Below, piece by piece: positions 30,305 through 41,702 of a DNA stretch of 64,000 nucleotides; position 1 is the first letter of the stretch; every line of letters starts with the position of its first letter. The DNA comes from Candidatus Geohabitans tengchongensis. GTDB lineage: Bacteria; Sysuimicrobiota; Sysuimicrobiia; Sysuimicrobiales; Humicultoraceae. The notes below the pieces were generated by a model that saw only the letters and a list, made by a program, of their open reading frames with translations, did not search any database and was not told the DNA's origin. Made by a program: the position numbers and the translations under genes. The stretch lies in NCBI GenBank assembly GCA_031459625.1, contig JAVKIH010000009.1:1-64000 (forward strand), in the 5' to 3' direction.

Positions 30305-31563
30305 TGCGCACGCAACGGTCTGTGCTCGTCTGGTGCTCCATCGTCCTGAGCGCGGTACTGCTCTGGGCCGGTGGTCGGCTTCCGACCATGGGGGCGCCCA
30401 CCGCGGAGACGGTGACCGTGGGCTTTACGCTGCCGCTCACCGGCGCGGCCGCCCGGGAGGGGCAGGAGAGTCTGGAGGGCGCCCAGCTCGCCGTTCGCCT
30501 GCTCAACGAGGCCGGCGGGGTCCGCGTGGGTGGGCGCACCGTCCGCTTCGAGATCGTCAGCGAAGACGACCGGTGCACCCCGGCCGGGGGGACCGAGGCG
30601 GCCAACCGCCTGGTGGCCCGCCGGGTCCAGTTCGTCGGCGGCAGCTTCTGCAGCGGCGCGGCCGTCGCCCAGCAGCCGGTCTTCGCCCAGGCGCGCATCC
30701 CCCAGGTGATCTACGCCTTTGCCACCGACCTGACCGGCGCGGCGCGACAGCGGGCGGGTGCGGTGCTCTCGGTCCGTCTCGGCCCCCAGGCGGTCATCGA
30801 GATGGCCCCGCTGGCCAAGTATGCGGTGACGGTGAACAACCACCGCCGCTTCTTCGCCATGGCCCAGAACACCGACTTCGGGCGGTCGATGATCACGGAG
30901 TTCCGCCGCGTCCTGGAGCGTCTGGGTGGTCGGCTGGTGGCCGACCCGGAGTTCTACACCTTTCCCGGGACCACCGACTTCCGCACCATTCTCACCAAGG
31001 CGCGCGGGTCGGGAGCGGACGGGCTGGTGGCCATGGGCCTGGGCGGTGAGATGATCGGCGTCTCGCTGCAGTTCCGTGAGCTCGGACTGGCCATGGGGTT
31101 CTACGGGAGCGACCTGTTGGAGGATCCCGCCTACCAGGATGCGGTGGGGGAGCGGGCCAACGGCTTCTTCTACCCCTGGGTGTACGACGACGGGGTCGAT
31201 CTGCGCCGCTTCACCCGTACGGAGCCGGAGCGGATGGCCCGGGAGATGAGCCTGGCCTTCCTCAACACCCTGCGAAAACGGGCCACGCGCAACCACGGCT
31301 GGGGATGGGGCACGATCCACTTGCTGAAGCAGGCGATGGAGCGCGAAGGCTCCACCGAGCCGGAGCGCGTGATGCGCCGCATCCTCTCGGGCGAGCGTTT
31401 CGAACTGCCGCTGGGGACGTACGGGTTCCTGCCCTGTGGTCAGGCGGACATGCGGGTGGGCGTGGCCACGTACGTCGACGGGCGTCGCACCCTGCTGGTG
31501 GACCGCGACTTCGCCGGTCGGCCTCCCGCGGTGTTGAGCGCCGCCGACCTCTGTCCCCGATAG
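30301..31563 (+). CDS. Branched-chain amino acid-type ABC substrate-binding protein (LivJ/K-like)
   Basis: Signal peptide, LPLTG..A..G, EDDRC, GSFCS, NTDFGR, TDFRTILTK. Confidence 0.9.
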   Translation: MMRTQRSVLVWCSIVLSAVLLWAGGRLPTMGAPTAETVTVGFTLPLTGAAAREGQESLEGAQLAVRLLNEAGGVRVGGRTVRFEIVSEDDRCTPAGGTEAANRLVARRVQFVGGSFCSGAAVAQQPVFAQARIPQVIYAFATDLTGAARQRAGAVLSVRLGPQAVIEMAPLAKYAVTVNNHRRFFAMAQNTDFGRSMITEFRRVLERLGGRLVADPEFYTFPGTTDFRTILTKARGSGADGLVAMGLGGEMIGVSLQFRELGLAMGFYGSDLLEDPAYQDAVGERANGFFYPWVYDDGVDLRRFTRTEPERMAREMSLAFLNTLRKRATRNHGWGWGTIHLLKQAMEREGSTEPERVMRRILSGERFELPLGTYGFLPCGQADMRVGVATYVDGRRTLLVDRDFAGRPPAVLSAADLCPR

Positions 31564-31576
31564 GAGGCGAGGGGCG

Positions 31577-32449
31577 CTGGACCTGACCACGGTCCTGCAG
31601 TTCGCGGTCAACGGCCTCTTCATCAGCGCGGCCTACGCGCTGGTGGCCCTGGGCCTGACCTTGATCTTCGGGGTCCTGCACATCGCCGACTTCGCCCAGG
31701 GAGCCCTGTACATGCTCGGGGCGTACGTGAGCTTCTACGCCACGCACGCCCCGGGCCTGGGCTACTTCGCCTCCGTGCCCGTGGCCATGGGGCTCACGGC
31801 GGCGCTGGCGACGCTGAACGGCGCCCTCGTCTACCGCCCGCTCCAGCGCCACGGGGGCGCGCTGACCTTCATCGCCGCCCTGGGCATCCTGCTCATCCTG
31901 CAGAACCTGGCGCTGTGGCTCTTCGGCGGCGACTTCCGGCTGATCGCCTCGCCCTTCGGCGACGGTAAGATCACCGTCTGGGGGGTCGTCCTCACCCATC
32001 ACCAGGCGTTCGTCCTGGGGGTGACGGCCCTGCTCGTCGCGGCCGTGTGGTTCGGGCTGCGGCACACCAAGCCCGGCAAGGCGCTGCGCGCCATGGCGCA
32101 GCAGCCGGAGGCTGCACGCCTGGTGGGGATCGACAGCGCCCGGCTGGGCCTGGTGACGTTCGCCCTGGCGGGCGCGCTGGCCGGGGCCGCAGGGGGGCTC
32201 ATCTCACCGATCCGGGCGTTCGACCCCCACATCGGGGCGATTGTGATCCTGAAGTCGTTCGCCATCGTCATCTTCGGGGGGATGGGCAGCGTGCCGGGAG
32301 CGATCGTGGGGGCGCTCCTGGTCGGCATGGCCGAGACCTTCACCGCCGCCTACCTGGCGGCGGAGTTTGCCGACCTGGTCGCCTTTGCCCTGATGATCGT
32401 GATCCTCTTCGCCCGCCCCCAGGGGCTGCTGGGGCGGGTGCCGGCCTGA
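31577..32449 (+). CDS. Branched-chain ABC permease, LivH-like
   Basis: NGL....YALVALGLTLIFGV, GGMGS.PGA, RPQGLLG. Family-like sequence starts upstream of the first GTG (31643), implying a CTG start at 31577. Confidence 0.9.
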   Translation: MDLTTVLQFAVNGLFISAAYALVALGLTLIFGVLHIADFAQGALYMLGAYVSFYATHAPGLGYFASVPVAMGLTAALATLNGALVYRPLQRHGGALTFIAALGILLILQNLALWLFGGDFRLIASPFGDGKITVWGVVLTHHQAFVLGVTALLVAAVWFGLRHTKPGKALRAMAQQPEAARLVGIDSARLGLVTFALAGALAGAAGGLISPIRAFDPHIGAIVILKSFAIVIFGGMGSVPGAIVGALLVGMAETFTAAYLAAEFADLVAFALMIVILFARPQGLLGRVPA

Positions 32450-32463
32450 CGGCGCCGGGGATC

Positions 32464-33441
32464 GTGCGCGGATCGCTCGTGCGCTCCCGGGCCGCGTGGC
32501 TTGCCGCCCTGGCCGCCGCGGTCCTGGCCCCCCTGGCGTTGCAGAACCCCGCGCACCAGAACCTGCTGGTCCTCACCGGCGTGAACGTCATCCTGGTGGC
32601 CAGCCTCGACCTGCTCATCGGTCAGAGCGGCCTGCTCTCCCTGGGGCATGCCGGGTTCTGGGGGATCGGAGCATACACCTCGGCGTTGCTGACCCTGCGG
32701 GCCGGGGTGCCCTTCCTGCTGGCGCTCCTGGCGGCGGCGGCGACCGCGGCAGCCAGCGGGATCTTCATCGGCTACCCCTCCCTGCGGCTGCGCGGGCACT
32801 ACTTCGTCCTGGTGACCTTCATCTTCGGCATCATCATCACGTTGCTGCTCACCAGCCTCGTGGCCGTCACCCGCGGCCCCATGGGCCTGCCCGGGATTCC
32901 CTTCGCCACGCTGCCGCGTCCCTGGGGGCCGCCGCTCACCCTCAACACGTTCCAGGGGAAGACGGGGTACTACTACCTGGTGCTCGCCGCCGTGCTGTTG
33001 ACGCTGTGGCTGCGGGCGTGTGTGGTGCACTCCCGGATGGGACGGGCTCTCGTGGCCATCCGCGAGGACGAGGACCTGGGACAGACCCTCGGGATCCACA
33101 CCCACCGCTACAAGGTGGGCGTCTTCGCGCTGAGCACCGGGCTCGCCGGGATGGCGGGCTCCCTCTACGCCCACTACACCACCTTCCTCGCCCCCGAAAT
33201 CTTCGACTTCGTCGCGTCCTTCGACCTGTTCGTCATGAACCTGGTGGGCGGGGCCGGGACGGCCGCAGGACCGGTTCTGGGGCCGGTGCTCTTGACGGTC
33301 GTCCGCGACCTGCTGCGGGCGGTGCACCCGGTGCTGGCGGAGATCCTCTTCGGGCTCTTCCTCATCGCCGCCATCGCCTTTCTCCCGGCAGGGCTGGTGG
33401 GGGGATGGCGCCGGCTGGTGGCCAGACGGGTCAGCCGGTGA
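32464..33441 (+). CDS. Branched-chain ABC permease, LivM-like
   Basis: GLLSLGHAGF.GIGAY, LRLRGHYF, AIREDE, AGSLYAH; start uncertain (CTG 32446, GTG 32464 or GTG 32479). Confidence 0.9.
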   Translation: MRGSLVRSRAAWLAALAAAVLAPLALQNPAHQNLLVLTGVNVILVASLDLLIGQSGLLSLGHAGFWGIGAYTSALLTLRAGVPFLLALLAAAATAAASGIFIGYPSLRLRGHYFVLVTFIFGIIITLLLTSLVAVTRGPMGLPGIPFATLPRPWGPPLTLNTFQGKTGYYYLVLAAVLLTLWLRACVVHSRMGRALVAIREDEDLGQTLGIHTHRYKVGVFALSTGLAGMAGSLYAHYTTFLAPEIFDFVASFDLFVMNLVGGAGTAAGPVLGPVLLTVVRDLLRAVHPVLAEILFGLFLIAAIAFLPAGLVGGWRRLVARRVSR

Positions 33442-34217
33442 ACCGGACGGAGCCGCTCCTGGCCGTCGACGGGCTCACCCGCACCTTTGACGGCTTCCGC
33501 GCGGTCTCCCACTTGAGTTTCCACGTGGATGCTGGAGAGATTGTCGGTCTGGTGGGGCCGAATGGCGCCGGCAAGACCACGACCTTTAACCTCATCACCG
33601 GCTTCCTGCGACCCACGGCGGGGCGCGTCTGGTTTCGCGGGGAAGACATCACCGGCCTCCCGCCTCACCGGCTGGCGCGCCGGGGGCTCGTGCGGACGTT
33701 CCAGCAGACCAGGGTGTTCAGCCGGCTCACCGTCGCGGAGAACGTCCGTCTCGGTCTGCACCGGCACGAGCCGGGAGGCCTCCGCCGGACCCTCTTCGGC
33801 CTGCACGCCCGGGAGGCGGCGGCGCTGGACCGCCGTGTCCGGGAGGTGCTCGAGTTCACCCGGCTGTGGGATCGCCGGGATCGGCCCGCCGACGAGCTGC
33901 CCTACGGTGAGCAGCGGATGCTGGGCATCGCGGTGGCGCTGGCGGTGGACCCCGTGGCCCTGCTGCTGGACGAACCGCTCGCAGGGATGAACCCCGCGGA
34001 GGCCGACACCACCATGACGCTGGTCTGCCGCATCCGCGACCGCGGGGTCACCGTCCTGGTGATCGACCACCACATGGAAACCCTGATGCGCTACTGCGAC
34101 CGCCTCATCGTCCTCCACCATGGGGAGAAGCTGGCCGAGGGGCCTCCGGCGGCGGTGCGGGCGCATCCGGAGGTCATCCGGACCTACCTGGGGGACGAGG
34201 CGGCGCTCTCGCCATGA
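33438..34217 (+). CDS. Branched-chain ABC ATPase, LivG-like
   Basis: GPNGAGKTT, RTFQ, LPYGEQR, LLLDEP. Confidence 0.93.
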   Translation: MNRTEPLLAVDGLTRTFDGFRAVSHLSFHVDAGEIVGLVGPNGAGKTTTFNLITGFLRPTAGRVWFRGEDITGLPPHRLARRGLVRTFQQTRVFSRLTVAENVRLGLHRHEPGGLRRTLFGLHAREAAALDRRVREVLEFTRLWDRRDRPADELPYGEQRMLGIAVALAVDPVALLLDEPLAGMNPAEADTTMTLVCRIRDRGVTVLVIDHHMETLMRYCDRLIVLHHGEKLAEGPPAAVRAHPEVIRTYLGDEAALSP

Positions 34218-34963
34218 CGGGGCCGGCACCTGCTGAACCCTTCCAGGGTCCCGGGGCCGCCGCCCTCCTGGACCTGCACGAGGTCACCGTCTACTACGGG
34301 CGTGTGCGGGCGCTGCAGGGGCTCACGCTGCGGGTCCTGCCGGGAGAGGTGGTGGCCCTCCTTGGAGGGAACGGGGCGGGCAAGTCCACGACACTGCGGG
34401 CCATCTCCGGGCTGGTCCGCCCGGCAGCCGGCCGCGTCGCCTTCCGCGGGCGCGACCTCACCCGGCTCGATCCCACCGCCATCGTCCGCCTCGGCATCGC
34501 CCACTGTCCGGAGGGACGCAAGCTCTTTCCGGAGATGAGCGTCCTGGAGAATCTGGCGCTCGGTGCCTACGTCCGTGCGGGGGACCTGCGGGAGGACCTG
34601 GACCGGGTCTTCGCGCTCTTCCCCGTGCTGAGAGACCGCCAGCATCAGCTGGCCGGCAGTCTCTCCGGTGGGGAGCAGCAGATGGTGGCCATTGCCCGTG
34701 CCCTGATGGCCCGACCGACGCTCATCCTGCTGGACGAGCCCACCATGGGGCTGGCGCCGGCGATGGTCGTGGAGGTGGTACGGGCGGTCCGGGCCCTGAA
34801 CGAGGCCGGGGCGACGGTGCTGCTGGTGGAGCAGAACGTCCAGGTGGCCCTCCGACTGGCGCACCGGGCCTACGTGCTGGAGAATGGGCGCGTCGTCGCC
34901 GAGGGGCTGGCCGAGGCCCTGGCCCGGGACGACCGGGTCCGGCGGGCCTACCTCGGCGCGTAG
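34214..34963 (+). CDS. Branched-chain ABC ATPase, LivF-like
   Basis: [29 protein letters not shown]. Confidence 0.93.
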   Translation: MTGPAPAEPFQGPGAAALLDLHEVTVYYGRVRALQGLTLRVLPGEVVALLGGNGAGKSTTLRAISGLVRPAAGRVAFRGRDLTRLDPTAIVRLGIAHCPEGRKLFPEMSVLENLALGAYVRAGDLREDLDRVFALFPVLRDRQHQLAGSLSGGEQQMVAIARALMARPTLILLDEPTMGLAPAMVVEVVRAVRALNEAGATVLLVEQNVQVALRLAHRAYVLENGRVVAEGLAEALARDDRVRRAYLGA

Positions 34964-35043
34964 CGAGCGTGCCAGCAGGCCCCGCCGGCCCCGACGGCCA
35001 ACTTGTCCCAGTAACCCTGAGTCCCTGTCCGGGAGGGATGCCT

Positions 35044-36999
<1,956 letters not shown>

Positions 37000-37018
37000 G
37001 CCGCCCCGGGAGAGGACC

Positions 37019-37582
37019 ATGAGCGAGCTGAGGGCATTCCTGATAGACCGCTTCCGCCGCAGCCACCGCACGCTGCTGGCGATGGTGGACGGGCTCACCG
37101 AGGAGCAGTACGCCTGGCGCCCCACCCCGAGCGCCCACAACATCGCCTTCCAGGTCTGGCACCTGGCCCGCACTGCCGACGACATCCAGGCGACGCTGCG
37201 CCAGGCCAGCCCCTCGGCGCGGGCGGTGCTGGGGGCGGGCGAGCAGATCTGGTTCGCCGAGAGCCTGGCGCGGCGGTGGGGGCTCAACCCGGCCGAACTG
37301 GGCGCGGGCGAGAGCGGCTACGAGATGGACGACGCCGCCGCCGCCCGGCTGCGTTTCCCGCCCAAGGCCGAGGTGGTGGGCTACATGCGCCGCGCCTTCG
37401 AGGCGCTGGAGCAGGCCCTGGAGGCGGTGCAGGAGGACTGGACCGCCTTCCGCTACACCCACTGGGGCGACGACGCCCCGCTGTGGCAGCAGGCGGTGGA
37501 CTACCTGACCCACCACGACTGGAACGCCGGCTACATCGCCGCCCTGCGCCGCGCCCAGGGCCTGCCCCGCGTGGTGGCCTGA
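37019..37582 (+). CDS. DinB family protein
   Basis: GLTEEQYAWRP..SAHNIAFQVWHLA, C-terminal HH...G.IAALR. Confidence 0.8.
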   Translation: MSELRAFLIDRFRRSHRTLLAMVDGLTEEQYAWRPTPSAHNIAFQVWHLARTADDIQATLRQASPSARAVLGAGEQIWFAESLARRWGLNPAELGAGESGYEMDDAAAARLRFPPKAEVVGYMRRAFEALEQALEAVQEDWTAFRYTHWGDDAPLWQQAVDYLTHHDWNAGYIAALRRAQGLPRVVA

Positions 37583-37626
37583 GGACCGTCGGGGCCCGGG
37601 GGGCCATTCCGGAGGGGGCCGCCCGG

Positions 37627-39042
37627 CTACGGCCGCGGCGCGGGTCGGCCCAAATGCCTCGGGGCGGAGGCGACCAGGGTCCGGTGGCTGATGTGGGCCC
37701 CGGCAGCCTGGAGCCGCCACTGCACCTGGGCCACCAGGTCGTGGCGGCGCATGAGCTCGTGGGCCGACACACCGGCCTCGAGGCTCACGCTGGCGGCCAT
37801 GCCCGCCGCCTGGCCCAGCGCCATCGTCACCGGGACCACGCGCGCAGCGCCCGCCGCCTGGTAGGTGGCCGAGAAGGCCCGGCTGCAGACGAACAGGTCG
37901 TCGACGTCGCGCACGACCAGGCTCCGCAGCGGCACGGTGAAGTAGAAGCGCCGGGCGCGGTAGGGGTTGTTCCACCCGGGGGAGTAGGGATGCAGGTCCA
38001 GCGGGTAGGCCCCGGCGGCGACACGATCCCAGAAGTGGCGCTGGCGGATCACGTCGCGGGCGGTGAGCGTGTACAGCCCGACGACGTGCCGCGTCTCCCG
38101 GATGTACAGCTCCGGGGCGACTTCGATCAGGGTAGCGCGGGCAAAGCCCGGGGCCTGCGCGCGCAGGAATGCCACGAATGCCGGGACCACCCGCTTCGCC
38201 CTGCGGTAGCCGTCCAGGCGGGAGGTCCGGTCGGTCCCGTCCACCCGGAAGACCTGCAGGGCGTTCACCCAGACGCTCCCGTCGGAGAGGCGGCTCAGGT
38301 TGAGGTCGTAGGCGGCGATTCGCTCGGGGTCAGGTGAGCGCCATCGGGTAACGATGCGGCGGTAGCCCCAGGCGAGGCTGCCGTAGACGCCGCCGGCCCG
38401 CCGGGGTTTCTCGTCGCGGCTGAGGTAGGCCACCACCTCGGACCAGCGCACGTCCCGCAGGCGGAACATCAAGGTGGCCGCCTGGGTGAGGCGGTCGGTT
38501 CCCGCACTCTCCCGGCCAACGGTGTACCGGGCGCCCGCCGCGGCTGCCACGTCGCCGTCGTCGGTGGCGTCGATGACGACCCTGGCCTGGATCGTCGTCC
38601 CGTCGTCGAGGATCGCGCCGCTGGCGCGGCCCGCCGCGACGAGGACCGTACGCACCCGGGCCCCCAGGCGCAGGTCGATCGCCGGCTCCCGCCGCACCAG
38701 CTCGAGCAGGCGCGCGCGTGCCGCCCGGGGATCGAAGGTGAGGCCCAGTTCCCGGTAGACTTCATGGAAGATCCCGCCGACCGTGTCCCGCCCGTCCGGG
38801 CCCCGACTGAGGTCGAAGCTGCTCAGCATGGCGCCGGTGAGGACGCCGCCCAGGAACGGCCGGGCCTCCACGAGCGCCACGGAGTGCCCGGAGCGGGCCG
38901 CGGCCACCGCGGCGGCGATGCCGGCCGGGGTGCCTCCCACGACGAGGATGTGCACGTGCACGTCCCGGCCCCGCGCCGGAGATGCGACGACGCCGAGGGC
39001 GCCGGCGGCCAGGGCGAGGAGGAGGGCCGGCGACAGCCACAT
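37627..39042 (-). CDS. FAD-dependent oxidoreductase with signal-peptide-like N-terminus
   Basis: VVGGTPAGIAAA, IDATDDGD, YIRETR, YPLDLH, RVVP..MALGQAAG; AGGAGGGG SD. Confidence 0.85.
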   Translation of the reverse strand: MWLSPALLLALAAGALGVVASPARGRDVHVHILVVGGTPAGIAAAVAAARSGHSVALVEARPFLGGVLTGAMLSSFDLSRGPDGRDTVGGIFHEVYRELGLTFDPRAARARLLELVRREPAIDLRLGARVRTVLVAAGRASGAILDDGTTIQARVVIDATDDGDVAAAAGARYTVGRESAGTDRLTQAATLMFRLRDVRWSEVVAYLSRDEKPRRAGGVYGSLAWGYRRIVTRWRSPDPERIAAYDLNLSRLSDGSVWVNALQVFRVDGTDRTSRLDGYRRAKRVVPAFVAFLRAQAPGFARATLIEVAPELYIRETRHVVGLYTLTARDVIRQRHFWDRVAAGAYPLDLHPYSPGWNNPYRARRFYFTVPLRSLVVRDVDDLFVCSRAFSATYQAAGAARVVPVTMALGQAAGMAASVSLEAGVSAHELMRRHDLVAQVQWRLQAAGAHISHRTLVASAPRHLGRPAPRP

Positions 39043-39173
39043 CCCCTCCTGCCGGAGACGAACGGGTCCGCGTACCCAGCGCATGGCGAAGTCCCTGGCC
39101 GCCCCCCAAACGGAAAGTGTCAGAAGGTTCAAATTCCTGATACACGGACAAGGGCGGGGAGCCCTGCAGGCGT

Positions 39174-39893
39174 CTACCGGCGAATGAGGACAAACCGGTA
39201 GCGCGCGGTACGCACGTGGTTGTCCGTGGCATAGAGCGGCCGCTCCGCCGCGTCGTAGGCCGTGCCGACCAGCCGGAGCAGGGGCTGCCCGGCGGCGACG
39301 GCCAGGGCCCGCGCCACCCGTCCTGCGGCGGGAATGGCCTCGAGGGCCAGCCGGGCGTACCGCACTTCGAGCCCCAGGTCCAGCCGGAAGAAGTCCAGCA
39401 GGGACTCGCGCCGGCGGCGCAGCTCCACCACCGCCGGATCGGCCACGAGCGAGGCGGGGAGCGTGTCCTCGCAGTAGATGACGGGCGTCCGGCCGATCCA
39501 GCGCAGGCTGCGCACGAGGACGCCCGCCTCCCCCGGACGGGCCCCCAGGCGCGCCGCCACCGTCCCGCGCAGGCGCACCGGCCGGATCGCCAGCACCTGG
39601 TCGCGCGCGGGATAGCCGGCCTGGCGGATCGTCTCGGTGAAGCTCTGCAGCCGCTCGACGCCGGCCGTGACGGCGCCGCGCGGCCGGACGAAGGTGCCTA
39701 CGCCGTGCCGCCGCCGCAGCAGGCCCTCGGTCTCCAGCACGCGCAGCGCCTCGCGCAGGGTGGGGCGGCTCACCTGGAAGAGGCGCGCCAGCTCGGGCTC
39801 GGAGGGCAGCCGCTCCGCACCCGTGAAGCGCCCCCGCAGGATCTCCTGCCGGAGCTCCTGCACCACCTGCTGGGCCAGCGGGGCCCGGGCCAC
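39174..39893 (-). CDS. GntR family regulator, HutC/UTRA subfamily
   Basis: LPSEPELARLFQVSRPTLREAL..L...G...RRHGVGTFV, followed by a UTRA-like domain. Confidence 0.9.
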   Translation of the reverse strand: MARAPLAQQVVQELRQEILRGRFTGAERLPSEPELARLFQVSRPTLREALRVLETEGLLRRRHGVGTFVRPRGAVTAGVERLQSFTETIRQAGYPARDQVLAIRPVRLRGTVAARLGARPGEAGVLVRSLRWIGRTPVIYCEDTLPASLVADPAVVELRRRRESLLDFFRLDLGLEVRYARLALEAIPAAGRVARALAVAAGQPLLRLVGTAYDAAERPLYATDNHVRTARYRFVLIRR

Positions 39894-39895
39894 GC

Positions 39896-40780
39896 CTACA
39901 CCACCAGGCGCGGGTCGAGCGTGTCCCGTAGCCAGTCCCCCACCACGTTGACCGCCAGCACCGTGAGCATGAGCGCCACCCCGGGAAAGGCGGCCAGCCA
40001 CCAGGCGATGGCCAGGTAGTCGCGGCTGTCGGCCAGCATCCCGCCCCAGGTGGGGGTGGGCGGCTGGACGCCCAGCCCGAGGAAGCTGAGGGCGGACTCC
40101 AGGATGATCACCTGCGCCATCGAGAAGGAGGCCAGCACGATCAGCGGGGCCACGGCGTTGGGCAGGACGTGGCGGACGGCGATCCGGAGGTCGGGGACCC
40201 CCAGGCAGCGGGCGGCCAGCACGTACTCCGCCTCGCGCAGGCTCAGCACCTGGGCCCGCGTCATGCGGAAGTAGGCGGCCCACCCGCCCACCCCCAGCGC
40301 CACCACCAGGTTCGTCAGGCTGGGGCCCAGCATGGCGATGAGGGTGATGACCAGCAGGGTGAGGGGAAAGGCGAGCTGGATGTCGGCCAGGCGCGACAGC
40401 ATCCGGTCGATCCAGCCGCCGTAGAAGCCGGCGACCAGGCCGAGCCCCGTCCCCACCGCGCCGGCCAGCCCCACGGCCAGCACGGCGACGAGGAGGGAGA
40501 TGCGGGCGCCGAAGATGAGCCGGCTCAGCAGGTCCCGCCCGAGCTGGTCGGTGCCGAGCAGGTGGGCGGCCGACCCCCCCGGGACCCAGACGGGCGGGGC
40601 GAGGCGCTGGCGGATGTCCTGTTTGTAGGGAGAGGAGGGCGCCACCCAGGGGGCGGCCACGGCGGCGAGGGCGACGACCGCCAGGATGCCGAATGCCGCC
40701 CGGGCGATGGCATGCGGGCGCGCGCGCCGCCGCGCGCGCAGGGCGCGGCCCGGGGCCGGGGGCGCCGCCAGGGGGGCCAC
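39896..40780 (-). CDS. ABC permease, DppC-like
   Basis: LGTDQLGRD, HVLPN, ESALSFLGLG, GDWLRDTLDP. Confidence 0.92.
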   Translation of the reverse strand: MAPLAAPPAPGRALRARRRARPHAIARAAFGILAVVALAAVAAPWVAPSSPYKQDIRQRLAPPVWVPGGSAAHLLGTDQLGRDLLSRLIFGARISLLVAVLAVGLAGAVGTGLGLVAGFYGGWIDRMLSRLADIQLAFPLTLLVITLIAMLGPSLTNLVVALGVGGWAAYFRMTRAQVLSLREAEYVLAARCLGVPDLRIAVRHVLPNAVAPLIVLASFSMAQVIILESALSFLGLGVQPPTPTWGGMLADSRDYLAIAWWLAAFPGVALMLTVLAVNVVGDWLRDTLDPRLVV

Positions 40781-40784
40781 GCCG

Positions 40785-41702
40785 CTACTGGTAGCGGATG
40801 CGGGGGTCGAGGCGCGCATAGAGCAGGTCGAGCAGCAGGTGGAGGAGGACGAAGACCATGGCCAGGTAGAAGACCGCCGCCTGCACCACCGGGTAGTCGC
40901 GGCTCTGGATGGCCGTGACGATCAGCCGGCCCACCCCCGGCCAGGCGAAGATGGTCTCGGTGACGACCGCGCCGCCGAGCAGCGTGCCGAAGTCCAGCGC
41001 CAGGATCGTCACCACGGGGATGGCGGCGTTCCGCAAGGCGTGGTGCACCACCACCCGGGGCGGCGCCAGGCCCTTGGCCCGGGCGGTGCGGATGTAGTCC
41101 TGGCTCAGCACCTCCAGCAAGCCGGAGCGCACCAGGCGTGCGGTGCGCGCCATGGGGGTCATGGCCAGCGTGACCGCGGGCAGCACCAGATGGCGCCAGG
41201 AACCGTGGCCGAAGCTCGGCAGCCAGCCCCACCGGACGGCAAAGAGCATGATGAGCAGGATCCCCAGCCAGAAGTAGGGCATGGACTGGCCCACGGTGGC
41301 GGCCACCGTCACCGCGCCGTCCACGAGGGTGCCGCGCCGCAGCGCGGCCACGACCCCCAGCGGCACGGCCACCACGACGGCGATGAGCAGCGCCGTCGTC
41401 GCCAGTTCCACTGTGGCCGGCAGGGTCTCGCGCACCAGCGCCGCGGCCGGCCGGAGGAAGCGCAGCGAGGCGCCGAAGTCGCCCCGCAGCACGTCGCCCA
41501 GGAAGCGCGCGTACTGCACCCACAGCGGCCGATCCAGTCCCAGCACCTGGCGGACGCGGGCGATCTCCTCCTCGGTGGCGTACTCCGTGACGAGCAGCGC
41601 CACCGGGTCGCCCGAGAGCCGCAGCGCCAGGAAGGCCAGCGTGGAGACCCCCAGCACGGCGGCCAGCGCGTCGACGAGGCGGCGCAGGACGAAGGCGGAC
41701 AC
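40785..41702 (-). CDS. ABC permease, DppB-like
   Basis: GLDRP, GDFG.S, QDYIRTARAKGL, RDYPVVQ. Confidence 0.92.
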   Translation of the reverse strand: MSAFVLRRLVDALAAVLGVSTLAFLALRLSGDPVALLVTEYATEEEIARVRQVLGLDRPLWVQYARFLGDVLRGDFGASLRFLRPAAALVRETLPATVELATTALLIAVVVAVPLGVVAALRRGTLVDGAVTVAATVGQSMPYFWLGILLIMLFAVRWGWLPSFGHGSWRHLVLPAVTLAMTPMARTARLVRSGLLEVLSQDYIRTARAKGLAPPRVVVHHALRNAAIPVVTILALDFGTLLGGAVVTETIFAWPGVGRLIVTAIQSRDYPVVQAAVFYLAMVFVLLHLLLDLLYARLDPRIRYQ

